Below are positions 12,941 through 27,293 of a DNA stretch of 64,000 bases, in pieces. The notes beneath the pieces were generated by a model that worked only from the letters and a program-made list of their open reading frames with translations, had not been told where the DNA came from and searched no databases. Both the position numbers and the translations under genes were made by a program. The stretch is from the human T2T-CHM13v2.0 reference genome, Homo sapiens. Positions within the stretch are counted from its first letter, which is position 1; each line of letters opens with the position of its first letter. The stretch is taken from the NCBI RefSeq assembly GCF_009914755.1, contig NC_060939.1. One strand, given 5' to 3'.

Positions 12941-13666
12941 AGATGTGGGAAAGGCACCGGAGTGTCTTTACGGAGAAGGAAGTGCATTCACTGTGGGGGT
13001 TCCCATGGCTCCTTGGAGTTTCAGTTTTGATCCTACGTCGACTAGGTTGGGAGTAACTCATCGTCGTTTTTGTCCTTTTTAAGTAGGACTGTTACAGGTC
13101 TGCTCACCACTACATACATGGAAAATTGATACAGGAGATTGTTAAGTGGTTCTAGCTCTGGCAGAAATATGGAAAAGAATGTTTGTTCAGAAAAATTTAA
13201 AAATCAAGAGAAATTAAAAAATGTCTTTGTACCCCCCCTTTATATGTTAAATCATTTTGTCCATTTAAATGTACTTCCTTTTTAAAAAGTCTTCCTCTTT
13301 AGAAAGTGCTGATTTTCCAGGAAAATAAGCTAACTGTCCATTTCTAATTAAAACATTCAGTAGAACTGTACCGTAGCTTGGTGTGTGCATGGCTGGGTGT
13401 GAAGAATTAGTATAATAATAACTGAACCCATATGCAACTGCCCTGATGGCCATGTAATATGAAAGATGTATCCTACCACACAGCAATACCTGGGGTGCAG
13501 GTTTTTTCTGCTGCAGGCTAAAGGCCAATGTCTACCTATCGACCCAGAAGGCTGGCAGTGTTTTGGCTGAAGTCTCACTCAGCATATTCCTCCTTTGAGT
13601 GGTAACTTCCTTCCTTTATTTGAAAATGTATAATTTAATACCTCATATTGCTATAGCATTTTTATG

Positions 13667-14300
13667 CAGGGTGGATCCAAGTTTTGGGAAGCCTAAAGCT
13701 CCTACAGTTTTTGTGATCCTCATTAACAAAAGAATAGATGACTACAAATACAAAATTAAGTACAATGGAGAATATATTTTAGAATGAGAAAACAAATCTC
13801 AACAAATTACAAATGTTTAGAAGCTGAAAAAAATCACAAAATCCAGGAAAGCTACATCATATTTTTATTAACTCCCTGTCACATTTCATCATACTTCTTT
13901 CTTGCATTTTTTGTCTATGTACTCTTTGATCAATTTTGTAGTGCCATTTGCATAGAGAGGTTAGAAAGATCCTTCAGTCTTTCTTCTGATAGATTTTCAT
14001 TTTTATTTATTATTGGTACTTGGGATGCATAAAACATGCAACTCTATATAGAGATATACCCCCTATTTGCAGTATTGATTGGAAGAAGCCTACACATATA
14101 AGAATTCTGATCAATACTATTTTGTGCAATTCTTATCAAAAAGGAAAAACCAAACCACCTGGTTTATGATCCTCACTGCGTGTGTTTCTAAGAGACAGAG
14201 ACATTTTGTTTTGACTGTTGCCTGTGGTGATTGACTCCTGGGCTCACGATTCTCAAGTCTGATGATGATTAGGCCTGAACATCTCACTGCCCACACATTT
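13667..14300 (+). mobile_element. hAT-Tip100 DNA transposon (Zaphod-like)
   Basis: Begins cagggtggatccaagttttgggaagcctaaagct...acaaaattaagtac...tttagaatgagaaaa; right boundary uncertain. Confidence 0.6.
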
Positions 14301-14920
14301 CTGTTGCCATGATTCATGGCTTAGAGGAGGGTAGAGGATTCCTGCTGGCAGAACTGGTTTCAAAATCACTCAGTAAATCCAGCCTTGGTGCTTTACATTT
14401 CAGTTTAGGTTATAGGGGTGTTTGGCATCTATTCCATTTTCTTTAGCTGAAACTATGACAAAAGCATAACCCTTGAACACCCTATTACAAAAACTTGTGG
14501 AACCATGTATCTTCATCTATTTTTCTTTTAATGCAATCAAGATTATATCAAGTATTGCAGGCCTTGCACCCCTGAGCTGCACCCCTGAAACAAAAGCCCC
14601 TAGAGAGCACCCTGATTTGCCCCTGGCCTCGCTGATGTTTTTGTTGTCACTGCTTCGGACTGTGGCCCCCCTGTTGTCATTGGATTTCCATCTGCTTCTA
14701 ACCTCGCACCACCTTGGTGGTGACACCCTTTCCCAACAGGTATGAAGAGGTTTCCTGCATCACACAACTTACTGGATTTCAGGTTTTCTTTGCAATCGCA
14801 CAAGTTGAAATATTTGGATGGTGGTGACAGTGGAGGTGATAGTATCAGTGGTTGAGAGGTTGGTGAAGGTGGTATTTGAGGTGGTGGTGGTGGTAGGGGT
14901 CGTGGAGGTGGACACTGTGG

Positions 14921-16155
14921 AGGTGGAGGTGGTGGAGTTGGTGGAGGGACAGTGATGGTGGAGGTGGTGGAGTCGGTGGAGGGACAGTGATGGTGGAGGT
15001 GGTGGAGTCGGTGGAGGGACAGTGATGGTGGAGGTGGTGGAGTCGGTGGAGGGACAGTGCGGGTGGAGGTGGTGGAGTCGGTGGAGGGACAGTGCGGGTG
15101 GAGGTGGTGGAGTTGGTGGAGGGACAGTGCGGGTGGAGGTGGTGGAGTCGGTGGAGGGACAGTGATGGTGGAGGTGGTGGAGTCGGTGGAGGGACAGTGA
15201 TGGTGGAGGTGGTGGAGTCGGTGGAGGGACAGTGATGGTGGAGGTGGTGGAGTCGGTGGAGGGACAGTGATGGTGGAGGTGGTGGAGTCGGTGGAGGGAC
15301 AGTGATGGTGGAGGTGGTGGAGTCGGTGGAGGGACAGTGATGGTGGAGGTGGTGGAGTCGGTGGAGGGACAGTGATGGTGGAGGTGGTGGAGTCGGTGGA
15401 TGGACAGTGCGGGTGGAGGTGGTGGAGTCGGTGGAGGGACAGTGATGGTGGAGGTGGTGGAGTCGGTGGAGGGACAGTGCGGGTGGAGGTGGTGGAGTCG
15501 GTGGAGGGACAGTGCGGGTGGAGGTGGTGGAGTCGGTGGATGGACAGTGCGGGTGGAGGTGGTGGAGTCGGTGGAGGGACAGTGATGGTGGAGGTGGTGG
15601 AGTCGGTGGAGGGACAGTGATGGTGGAGGTGGTGGAGTCGGTGGAGGGACAGTGATGGTGGAGGTGGTGGAGTCGGTGGAGGGACAGTGCGGGTGGAGGT
15701 GGTGGAGTCGGTGGATGGACAGTGCGGGTGGAGGTGGTGGAGTCGGTGGAGGGACAGTGAGGGTGGAGGTGGTGGAGTCGGTGGATGGACAGTGCGGGTG
15801 GAGGTGGTGGAGTCGGTGGAGGGACAGTGAGGGTGGAGGTGGTGGAGTTGGTGGAGGGACAGTGATGGTGGAGGTGGTGGAGTTGGTGGAGGGACAGTGC
15901 GGGTGGAGGTGGTGGAGTCGGTGGAGGGACAGTGAGGGTGGAGGTGGTGGAGTCGGTGGATGGACAGTGCGGGTGGAGGTGGTGGAGTCGGTGGAGGGAC
16001 AGTGATGGTGGAGGTGGTGGAGTCGGTGGATGGACAGTGCGGGTGGAGGTGGTGGAGTCGGTGGAGGGACAGTGAGGGTGGAGGTGGTGGAGTTGGTGGA
16101 GGGACAGTGATGGTGGAGGTGGTGGAGTTGGTGGAGGGACAGTGCGGGTGGAGTC
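14921..16155. repeat. G-rich minisatellite/VNTR, 35-bp unit, 35 copies
   Basis: Unit GGTGGAGGTGGTGGAGT(C/T)GGTGGA(G/T)GGACAGTG(AT/CG/AG); AGTG recurs every 35 bp from 14951 to 16141. Confidence 0.98.
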
Positions 16156-16399
16156 GTTGGGTGACCAGCAGGGGTAGTGGTGTGGGTGGTGGAGGTGAAA
16201 CCTGTAAGGCTGTGCCAGAGCAAACCCAAGGCCCTCATCTGCATCCTCTGTGCTCCAGAGTATGGACTTTCACAGACCACAGCCTCCACTGAAGATGAGC
16301 TCCCAGGGAAAACAACTCTGAGCAGAAAACACAAAAGGGAGTTTGCATCCCAAGGCCCAGACTGAAGCTCTAAAAGAGACCTTGGAAGGAGAGGAGAGA

Positions 16400-17255
16400 G
16401 ATCATCTAGAGAAACCTCCCAAAAATAAGGCATACCATCCCTCTGATGGTTGAAACACACTTAGTTCTGGGCAGAATAAATGAAAACAAATTCATACCTC
16501 GATATATTGCAGTGAATTTTCTGAACTTCAAAAACAATGAGAAAATCTTAAAAGTCACTGAGATAAATGACAGATTGAGGAAAGGAAGCAGGCGGGCAGC
16601 TGGTGGTCTTCCAAGCACTATAGCTGATCAGCAACCAGAGATTCCAGAGAAACATGGAATGATACCTTAAAGTGCTGAGGCTAACTAACTGCTGAGCACA
16701 AAGGATATTTTTTCAGGCACACACAGGGATTCTGAAAGTGTAAAGACGAGTCCCAGGCCCTCATTTGAATATTAAAAAAAAAACTAAAGCTTGATCTTCA
16801 GGAAAAATGGAAACGAATTCAAAAGCAGAGACTGGGATACAAAAAACAATGAAGAAAGAAGTCCGTGAACATGTTGACAAATCCAAATTAGTATTTCTTA
16901 TAAATAATAACATTGATAACTGATCTAGATGGGTTTTTAAAAGGCAGTGAAACTAAAAGATTAGAAAACAATAAATACAGAAGATAAGAATTTACAAGGA
17001 TCTAAGTCTGAGAGTCTCATATTCTACAGGGCCAGAACAAAGTGATCTATCAGATTTCAACCATGTTAAAGAATCATGTTGAACACTTAAGAATAACTTC
17101 TTAAAGAATATAAGTAGAATGTATAACTTCCAAACCAGTTGGAATAGTATGGGAACAAAGAAAACTTTTCAATGAATTAGAAATCAGGAAAGGAGGAGGG
17201 AAAGGAAGCAAAGAAAATGAATGGTAAAGAAAACATATCAATGAGATGGTAGAAA
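16400..17255 (+). mobile_element. HAL1/L1ME ORF1 remnant
   Basis: HLVLGRINENKFIPRYIAVNFLNFKNNEKILK resembles the ORF1p PRHIIVKF region. Confidence 0.75.
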
Positions 17256-17351
17256 TCACTTCAGGTGGACTGGGAAAAGTGGCAGCTCCTATGCCTGTGG
17301 CAAGGCCAGGTGTGGGGTTGGACACCTCTCTTCTACAGCACCTCTTCCAAA

Positions 17352-18517
<1,166 letters not shown>

Positions 18518-18582
18518 TGAGCTCTTGTCTTCATTTTTAAGCCAGTACATTGCACCTTTGTTGCACCTTTGCAGTCCCCTCA

Positions 18583-19608
18583 AGGTCTGGTACATTGTTG
18601 GGTTCAGGGTCAGCTTGGATGGAATAATCCAGCAGGTGTGACCTGAGAGTATGGTACATGTTTTCAATTTTTCAGAGGAAGCAAGCTACACACAATACCA
18701 ATTTATTTTCTGTTCTCCACTTATCTGTGTTGCAGGTGCTTCCTCATGGGTTGTACCACCCCTGAAGTTTCAGAAATAAATGTATACCCTTCCAGTTAAA
18801 TGTGGATGAAAAGCAAAGGATGATAGGGTCTCTGGTGCTTGTGACAAAAATGAATTCTTTTCTGCTCCCATTTTCAGGTGGTTATAGAATTTAAAATTGG
18901 CCCCTTAAAACACATGAACTCTATAAACCAGATGTGGCACAACCTACTCCTATTTTAGGAAGCTATTTGAAACCTATTCCATCAAAGGGAGCAAAACAGC
19001 TTGATGGATAAACCTTCTGCTTTCTCCCAGGGCACATTTCATCTTACCCATTTGTTTTCTTCTTTTGAAAAGAGAGTCAAAGAGAAGGCAGGAATAAGCA
19101 CCTCTCCACCTGACCTTTTCTTGCTTTGCAAAAAGATGATTCTTGCTGGCCTGGGGTTAGAAGAAAAGAAACCAGCAGTCCTTTAATAGAAATAGGCTAG
19201 GCTCCTGGGGAGAACTTGGGCTGAATTTAAAGAGACAGCCTTGACAACCCTCCTCAGTGGGTTCTGAGTGATCCTGGACTGGCCAAGTTAGGAAGTGACT
19301 ACGGGTGCACAGTATTTGGGAGACTTGGTGTTTGTGCCCTGTCAGCTCCCCTCGGCGTTTCCATGGGAGCTCCACTGGCCTTTCCCAAGCTCCTGCTGGA
19401 CAAGAAGCACTTCGCCAGTGGCTGAGGTCCGGTACATTGTTGGGTACATGGTCAGCTTAGATGGGTGCAATAATGAAGCCGGCATGACCTGAGCACATGG
19501 CACACGTTTTCCATCTTTCACAGGTCAAAAGCTACACACAATATAAACGTGCTGTCTGTTATCACTAATCTCTCTTCACAGCTTGTTCCTCTTGAGTTTT
19601 TCCCTCTT
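18583..19608 (-). other. Old local duplication in a repeat-free island (possible decayed coding exons)
   Basis: 18583-18697 vs 19425-19543: about 21 mismatches plus a 4-nt indel (~82%); weaker similarity continues to ~18761/19608. Confidence 0.8.
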
Positions 19609-21111
19609 CAATCTTAAATGTCTTTCTTGCAGGTCCTCTTCTCTTTCTGTATTAATCATATTTTTTTTTTACTTTTTTCCATAAGCAATGCCATTATACT
19701 CTTGATATTTTTGTGCACTTGAGTGTGGTGACTGTTTTCTGAGCTCCTACTTGGTGCCTTGCACAGCTGGGAGGCTCCTTTGGAACGCATGCCTGGGGCA
19801 CCTCCCGAGTCCGCGTTTTCACAAGATCATTTTCAATCTGCAGGTGCTCTGCTCACACTTGAATTTTCCTCCAGGAAAGAAATCCTCCAGATGTAAAATC
19901 TTTGGCTGCTGCACATGAAGCTACCACTGGTTTTCCTTCGTCTTTATTTTTAAAAGGAGGTTGAGATTCCTGAACTTGGTTCTTTTGGATTTGTGGTCTT
20001 GCTTCTTGCTCTTAGGAAAGAGCTGGCAGTAGGTATTTTGCTCACATATTGGCCAGTTAGTTCTCCATCCTCTGCATTATGCCCCTAATTTCCCTAAGGT
20101 AATCATGCCATTAGCCACAACACTGCCAACAAAAAACAATGCCAAGCCATTAGATAGAGAGGGTGAGCAGGAAGCACCTCATGACAGGGCTGTGGAAGCT
20201 TCCCTTGCCTCTATCCCCTGCAGAAAACAGTGTTGACATATTTAAGAAGCTGGCTCTGCATTAAAAAGCATGTCTGCTGAGTTCAGTCTGCAATAACCTC
20301 TTCTCTTTTTTACAACCTATTGCTTAGTCTGAACATGCAGTGTATATTAAAGAGGACTTTTTTCTTTTCCTTTAGGACTAGAGTGCTTTAAAGAGAATTC
20401 ACCAGCTCCATTGTTGGCAAGAAAAGCACGTTCTTTTATATGTAGGTCCCAGATGATACAATCCCAATTCTCTTTTGAACACCAAAAATAGTACAGGCCA
20501 CGCCAAGATAAGCAGATGTCTTACCCAAAATCCCAAACAAGGTACTTAAACCCTGAAATTAAACAGCCCAGAATACAGTGACCAGAATCTCACCCGTTTG
20601 GTTCTTTCTTCATAAAGCTTGGCAGGGGATAGACATGCCCTATTGCATGCAATGTGTGCTCTACTCAAATACTGTTATTTAAAATTAAATGTTTGCAATT
20701 GAATTATTTTGCAAATGGGGTGTTTAGTATTAAAGGAATCTTATGGTGAAATTCCTTCATAAAGCAATAAATCTTCCTTGTTTATTTAACTGTAAAATCA
20801 ATGTAGTAGAATTATGGCAGGCGTGAACAATAAAAAAAATCAATCATCTGTAATCCCCTAACTTGAATATGACTCTTTGCAAATATGCTCTTCTCTAGCT
20901 TTTGTGTATTAGGCATATATAGCTTCCTTAATTGAAACTGTGGAATAGAAATAACACTAGGTTCTTCTTTCCCTGTCAAACTAAAAGAAAGAAGCTGAGG
21001 CACAAAATATAATTAAAAGAGCTTACTTGAGCCAAAGTGAAGACAGCTGCCTAGAAGACTCAAACGCATGTAACCCTGGCTATGAGCTCCATTTGGCCTT
21101 TGTTACAAGCA

Positions 21112-21413
21112 AATTTATTTATTTATTTATTTATAGACAGTCTCGCTGTGTCACCCAGGCTGGAGTGCAGTGGCTCGATCTTGGCTCACTACAACTGCCG
21201 CCTCCTGGCTCAAGTGATCCTCCCACCTCAGCTTCCTGAGTAGCTGGGACCACAGGTGCATGCCACCAGGCCTAGCTAATTTTTTATATTTTTTGTAGAG
21301 ATGAGGTTTTGCTATGTTACCCAGGCTGGTCTCAAACTCCTGAGCTCAAGCAATCCACCCATCTTGGCCTCCCAAAGTGCTGGGATTACAGGCATGAGCC
21401 ACTGCACCTGGCC
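21112..21413 (-). mobile_element. AluJ inserted in the tail of the adjacent Alu
   Basis: Full dimer flanked by aatttatttattt. Confidence 0.9.
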
Positions 21414-21597
21414 AATTTATTTATTTTTAAAGTTATTTATTTATTTAGAGACAAGGTCTCACTCTGTCGCCCAGGCTGGAGTACAGTGTTGCGATCATGG
21501 CTCAACTTCCTGGGCTCAGGTGATCCTCTCACCTCAGACTTCCAAGTAGCTGGGACTTCAGGCACATGTTACCACACCTGGCTAATTTTTGTGGGTT

Positions 21598-21644
<47 letters not shown>

Positions 21645-21765
21645 TTGTAGAGACAAGGTTTAGCCATGTTTCCCAGGCTAATCTTGAACTCCTGAGCTTA
21701 AGCCATCTGCCTGTCTCAGCCTCCCAAAATATTCGGATTACAGGTGTAAGCCAGCACACCTGACC
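21414..21765 (-). mobile_element. AluJ with (TTTA)n-expanded linker
   Basis: Dimer with microsatellite at ~21597-21645. Confidence 0.9.
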
Positions 21766-22299
21766 ACAAGCAGGTTTTAAAGGCAAAAAAGGGACAAGGA
21801 GTAGGCTGATACAAAGTTGTTCGTTAGGAATGCTCATTGATTTACAGAAATAACATTGATTAGTGATTGGCTATCCATTGTTAAACTTTACGGTGTTGTT
21901 TACAGTGTCTCGTAAGGCGCTATTAGGTTAATTTATAGCTACCTGTGGCAATAGCAAACGGTTTCAGGAGATGAATACACAGCTCAAAGCAGGGAGTAGG
22001 AGGTGATTGTGGTTTCATTTTAATGTCTCTAGGCCTGGTAATTCAATAGAACTCGTATTCCTCAGTTAAAAGTTATTTTTCTTTTCTCACCATGCCATCT
22101 TATATTATTATAACTTGACTATTATTCATTTTTAAAAGTAATTGTACATTCAACTTGCTCTTGATTGTTTTAGCAAGATAGGAAATGCGATGCAAGTTTT
22201 GCACCTGCGCACTCCCACCCACATATCACTGACTCACAGCAGCAGCAGTAGGATAGACACGGTCATTTTGTGGATATACGTGAGGCCCTTCAGTGGAGC

Positions 22300-22836
22300 T
22301 AGGGTGGTTCTTGGAACAAAACTAATAGAATATATTTATATATGAAAGGGAGTTTATTAGGGAGAAGTGGCCGCTTGCAAGCTGGAGAAGAAAAAAAGCC
22401 AGTAGTGGCTCAGTCCGAGTCCAAAAGCCTCAAAAACAGGGAAGCAGACAGTGCGGCCTTCGGTTGGTGGATGAAGGCCCGAGAGCCCCTGGCAAATCAC
22501 TGGTGTAATCCAAGAGTCCAAAGGCTGAAGAACCTGGAGTCTGAGGTCCAAGGACAGGAGGAACAGAAGGAAGCATCCAGCATGGGACAAAGATGAAAAG
22601 CCAGAAGACTCAGCAAGCCAGCTCATCCCACCTTCTTCTTCCTGCTTTTTCTAGCTCCACTGGCAGCCAAGTTGGATGGTACCCACTCGCATTGAGGGAG
22701 GGTCTTCCTCTCCCAGTCCACTGACTCAACTGTCAGTCTCCCCTGGCAGCAGCCTCACAGACACACCCAGAAACAATACTTTACCAGACATCTAGGCATC
22801 CTTCAGTCCAATCAAACTGACACCTAAGACTATCAT
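22300..22836 (-). mobile_element. MLT2A (ERVL) solo LTR
   Basis: gccagtagtggctcagtccgagtccaaaagcctcaaaa...catccttcagtccaatcaa. Confidence 0.85.
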
Positions 22837-23259
22837 ACTTGACTACAAGTGAAACGACCTGCTGCCACTCTCCTTAGTCTCTTGTAGAATAATTTTCTTA
22901 ATAAATTCCCAGGAAGAGTATAGTGGGCCAGAGAACCCTTTTATAATTACCAGCATCACTAATACTTTAAATCTCAATTTTGAACATTTTGAGTTTGCTT
23001 TAATAAGGCAAATGACTGTGGCATAACCTTTTCTAGTTTCTTTTTTCCTATATGGCTTTCTCTGATTAACAAGAATGACTTCTTTTTGAACCTTTCAATT
23101 TGGCATTTTCTACATGGAATGTCCCTAAATCAAGTAATTTTCACAAAGCAAAGTTTTCAAAAATCAAGGCAGTAGTTGAGACAAAATATTGTATTTGCTA
23201 TGAAGTGCAAGAAGAAACCTCTTTTGTTGGTAAATCGAGGCCTAAATGCTGATTCCCTG

Positions 23260-24009
23260 TGTCAGCTGAAGAATTGTGAGGTTCATATATTTGGAAAGGA
23301 GAGCTTTATTTCTCATAACAGGTGGCCATCCTGCAGGCTGGGAAGGGTAGCCTCCAGCGCACGCAGAGACCAAGCACTTTGAGGGAAGGGTAGAGGGAGC
23401 AGGAATGGGAATGTAGAGGGAGCTGAGTCGGGGGATGAATATGCATATTCAATAAGCTATTGGAGGAGTCATGAATATTTATGAAAGGAAAGATATGTGT
23501 ACATGTGCAACTGAGCTTCGTGCCCCTTCATGGGTCTCATGTTCAAAAAATGGTGGTGGTGGCATGATCCGAGGGTAGACATTTTGGCCCTCTGATGTCA
23601 AAAGGTGAAGCAGAGGACATGAAGCCCCTCAGTGTGCGTCCTCTGAGATTCAGCCAAAACCAGACCAGAAATGGTGGTCAGTTATCAGGAAGGGGTGCAT
23701 TGTGAAACTGGTGGGCTGTCATGCTGAGACTAAAGAGGGAGGGGGAGTCTGATCCTGCCCTCAGATGATTGGCTAAAGGCGATAAAGGAATAAGTTGTCC
23801 ACTTCCTGTTTTCCAGTGCTGGATTCTGCTTCCTCCTCAGAGAGAATTCTGGTTTAAGGTTACTGAGGAGGGGCACACTGAGGCGTGTCCCACCTCCTGT
23901 TCCCTCACGGACGGGAACTCAATTTCTAAGGTTTCTCTGGGGTCCCCTTGGCCAAGAGGGGGTTGATTTAGTTGGGTGGGGGACTTAGTATTTATTTTCA
24001 TTTCTTATC
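23260..24009 (-). mobile_element. ERV1 solo LTR (MER50-like)
   Basis: gctgaagaattgtgaggttcatatatttggaaaggagagctttatttctcataa...ggggtccccttggccaagagggg. Confidence 0.75.
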
Positions 24010-24596
24010 TGCCTTATAGGATCCCCAAACAGCAAAAAAAGAAATCCTCAAACTCTCAGATTCAACATTGGGAGTTAGTGTGGGTGTATGTGCCAGGCAC
24101 TGTGCTAGATACTCCATTAACCTCATCTCCTACAGAGAATATTTAATTAAAAAAGAAAAGGCAACATTCCAGATCTTCTCATTCGGTAGTTATTTGCTAG
24201 AGTTTCTTCAGTGAGGCACCCAAAAGCTTGTCTTGTGTTAGACAGATTTGCGCTTCTTTCACTTAATTCTGAAGCATCAATAGAACTGGCGACTTCCTGA
24301 CCGACCATCATGACTAGACCCGGGGGCAGTGAACATATTGTGGGTGCCTCTGAGTAACTTGTGTTTTTTTCTTGTTAAGTAGGTTTTTAAAATGCGTGTG
24401 TGTGTGCGTGTGTGCATGTGCACTGTGACACACAGAAAAGCACACAAAAAATAAATATACCTTATGAGATGTTTGTTGAAATATCTCATAAAGAACACAT
24501 GTAACATGATCATGTAGATTCATGAATAGAATATTTCCAGGAACCCCAGAGCTCCCTCCTTTTGAAAGATGGCTAAATGAGTTTTCTCATTGCTCC

Positions 24597-25305
24597 TGTA
24601 GAAGACGAGAATATGCCATCCCAAAATATGTCTCTTTAGCATAAGGATTATTTTGACCTGGTTATTTTGTGAAACTGCAGACACAGGAGAAACTCTGAAA
24701 ATAAAAGTCGAAGTGACCCTTTTGTAAGGGGAAATTTACATTTGTAGAGAAAATCTCCATTTGCTTGGATGTCTCCTTTTCTGTACCAGGAAGAGAAAGA
24801 GGACTCTAAATCACCAGACTCTTATCAATGAAGAGGCAGCCGCTGAAATCTGCATAGCAAACCTGACTCTTGGGTACCCTGCTTTTCCTAGGCACTTGGC
24901 CATGACTGGCCTCCCCCACACCCTTCTTTCTCTGTTTTTAGCTTAAGATGGTATTTAAGACCAAATACTAAGACATCTCTTTGAGATTTACTCATTTTTC
25001 CCTAGGTATCTCCCATGTATATTTGATGTATTTATGTTGATACAGTCAGTGCTGCATAACTAGATTTCAGACAATACCATATTGCCTAGGGTGAAGTAGG
25101 CTGTACCATCTAGACTTGCGTAAGTCCACTCTATGATGTTCATGCAAGGAGGAAATCACCTAATGATGCATTTCTCAGCATGTAACCTTATTGTTGCATG
25201 ACACGTGGCTGTATAGTCGTTTGTTTTTCTCTGGTTAGTCTATCTTTTGTTACAATGGATCCCAGCTAAGAACTATTTAGAGCTAAGTTATTTTCCTCCC
25301 CGACC
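24597..25305 (+). mobile_element. MER34-like ERV1 solo LTR
   Basis: tgtagaagacgagaatatgccatcccaaaatatg...gaaactgcagacacaggaga. Confidence 0.8.
25043..25211. mobile_element. Tigger3-family short element
   Basis: TA-cagtc...ggctg-TA; aaatcacctaatgatgcatttctcag. Confidence 0.8.
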
Positions 25306-25725
25306 CTGCTGTAACAAATTAGCATGAATTTAGTAGCTTAACACACTAATTTATCTCATAGTTCTGGAGTCAGGAGGCTGAAATAGTATCCATGGGTCTA
25401 CAATCAAGGTGCGGGCAGGGCTGTGTTCCTTCTTGGGGCCCTAGGGAATAAGCTTTTCCAGCTTCCACACTCCACACACATTCCTTGGGTCATGGCCCCA
25501 TCTCTGTCTTTAGAGCCAGCGATGGTCAGTCAAGTCTTTCTCACAAGGCATCACTCTGACATGACTTCAGTTGTCACATCTCTGGTTCTGACTCTCCTGC
25601 CTCCCTATTTCTCTTCTAAGGATTCTTGAGATTACACTAGGCCCTTGGGATAGTCCAGGATAATCTCTCCATTTCACAGTTTTCAACCTTAATCACATCT
25701 GCAAAGTCCCTTTTGCCATATAAGG

Positions 25726-26166
25726 TGCTGGCCTGAAAGGAAGAAGCTGATGCAAAATTACGTGGAAAGTCCACTTGGGGCCAAGCTTGAGGGCCTGGAT
25801 TCAAGTAGCCCTGAATATACACTCAGAACAGCCACAGTTACTAGTGGATTTTTTAATGCAAAAAAGTGGGGCAGGAAGTGGGCTGATACAAAGTTGTTTG
25901 TTAGGAATTCTCATTGGTTTACAGGAATAACATTGATTAGTGATTGGCTATCCATTGTTAAGCTTTAGGATGTGTGTTATAGTGTCTGGTGTGGCATTAT
26001 TGGGTTAATTTATGGCTACTTGTGGCAATAGCAAGCAGTTTCATGAGATGAACATGGGGGGAAGCTCATGGGGGGAAGCAGGACACAATTGCTGCCTCAT
26101 TTTAAGGTCTCTCTGAGCCTGATAATTAAAAGGACTTGCATTACTCAGATAAAAGCTCTTTCCTCA
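25726..26166 (-). mobile_element. Second MER84/LTR56-like solo LTR
   Basis: Shares gctgatacaaagttgtt...aacattgattagtgattggctatccattgtt with 21804-21885; TG...CA; TSD aagg/aaag. Confidence 0.8.
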
Positions 26167-26569
26167 AAAGTAACATGTTCATAGATTTTGGGGATTGGTG
26201 TGTGGACATCTTTTAGGGAAGGCATTAGACTGTCTGCTACCGTGACACTATCCTGACTTATCGCACTATGATTTATGTTATGTTGCCTGAAATTATACAA
26301 CATGCACTTTTTTTGTATCTCACTTTTTTCTCGATACTGTGTGAGAGTCAGCATATTGTTTCATGTATCTCTAGCTGATGTATTCCTAATTGTCTAATGT
26401 TTTACTGTATGAATACACCACAATTTATGTATACACTCTAAGTGGATGGGCATTTGGATTGTTCCCAGTTTGGGGCTCTTACATAAGATGCTGCTCTGTG
26501 TCTGCTTGGGCCTGTGTCTTGGCGTTCCTAGAAGTGGCATTGCTGGGTAAGAGAATATACCACAATTGA

Positions 26570-26668
26570 TGTGAGCACACATCCTAGTTTGCTTGGAACA
26601 ATCCCAATTTATGCCTGTTGTCCTATCTGGTAAAAGCCTACATTCACTCTCAAAATATGGTCACCCTA
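26570..26668. mobile_element. hAT-Blackjack MITE (MER81/MER94-like)
   Basis: catcctagtttgcttggaacaatccc...atatggtcacccta terminus. Confidence 0.55.
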
Positions 26669-26733
26669 GGCATAGTGATACTTATTTCCAACTCCAGTAA
26701 TGTAGCCAGACAGTTTCCAAAGTGAGAGTAACT

Positions 26734-27293
<560 letters not shown>

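Larger units (their letters stand above)
20974..22089 (-). mobile_element. ERV1 solo LTR (MER84/LTR56-like) interrupted by two Alus
   Basis: TG...CA ends; ctcagttaaaagttatttttcttttctca terminus; acaagca duplicated around the Alu pair. Confidence 0.75.
24578..26245 (-). mobile_element. MLT1B/C LTR split by two later LTR insertions
   Basis: Pieces 24578-24596, 25306-25725 and 26167-26245 join into one antisense MLT1. Confidence 0.75.

Noticed and set aside
14921-16155. CRISPR-like array or PRDM9 13-mer array
   Set aside because: Head-to-tail units with no spacers in eukaryotic DNA; I found no CCNCCNTNNCCNC match in the unit.
14769-16460. 563-aa ORF as a mucin/extensin-like gene
   Set aside because: Produced by a stop-free 35-bp repeat whose unit is not a multiple of 3; listed start is GTG in antisense L1-like sequence.
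22800-22822. DUX4 site in MLT2A
   Set aside because: Reads cagtccaatca, which departs from TAAYYYAATCA in the first half-site.
20974-26166. Two same-family, same-orientation LTRs as ends of one provirus
   Set aside because: No internal gag/pol between them; the second sits inside an MLT1 with its own TSD, and the two diverge at one end.
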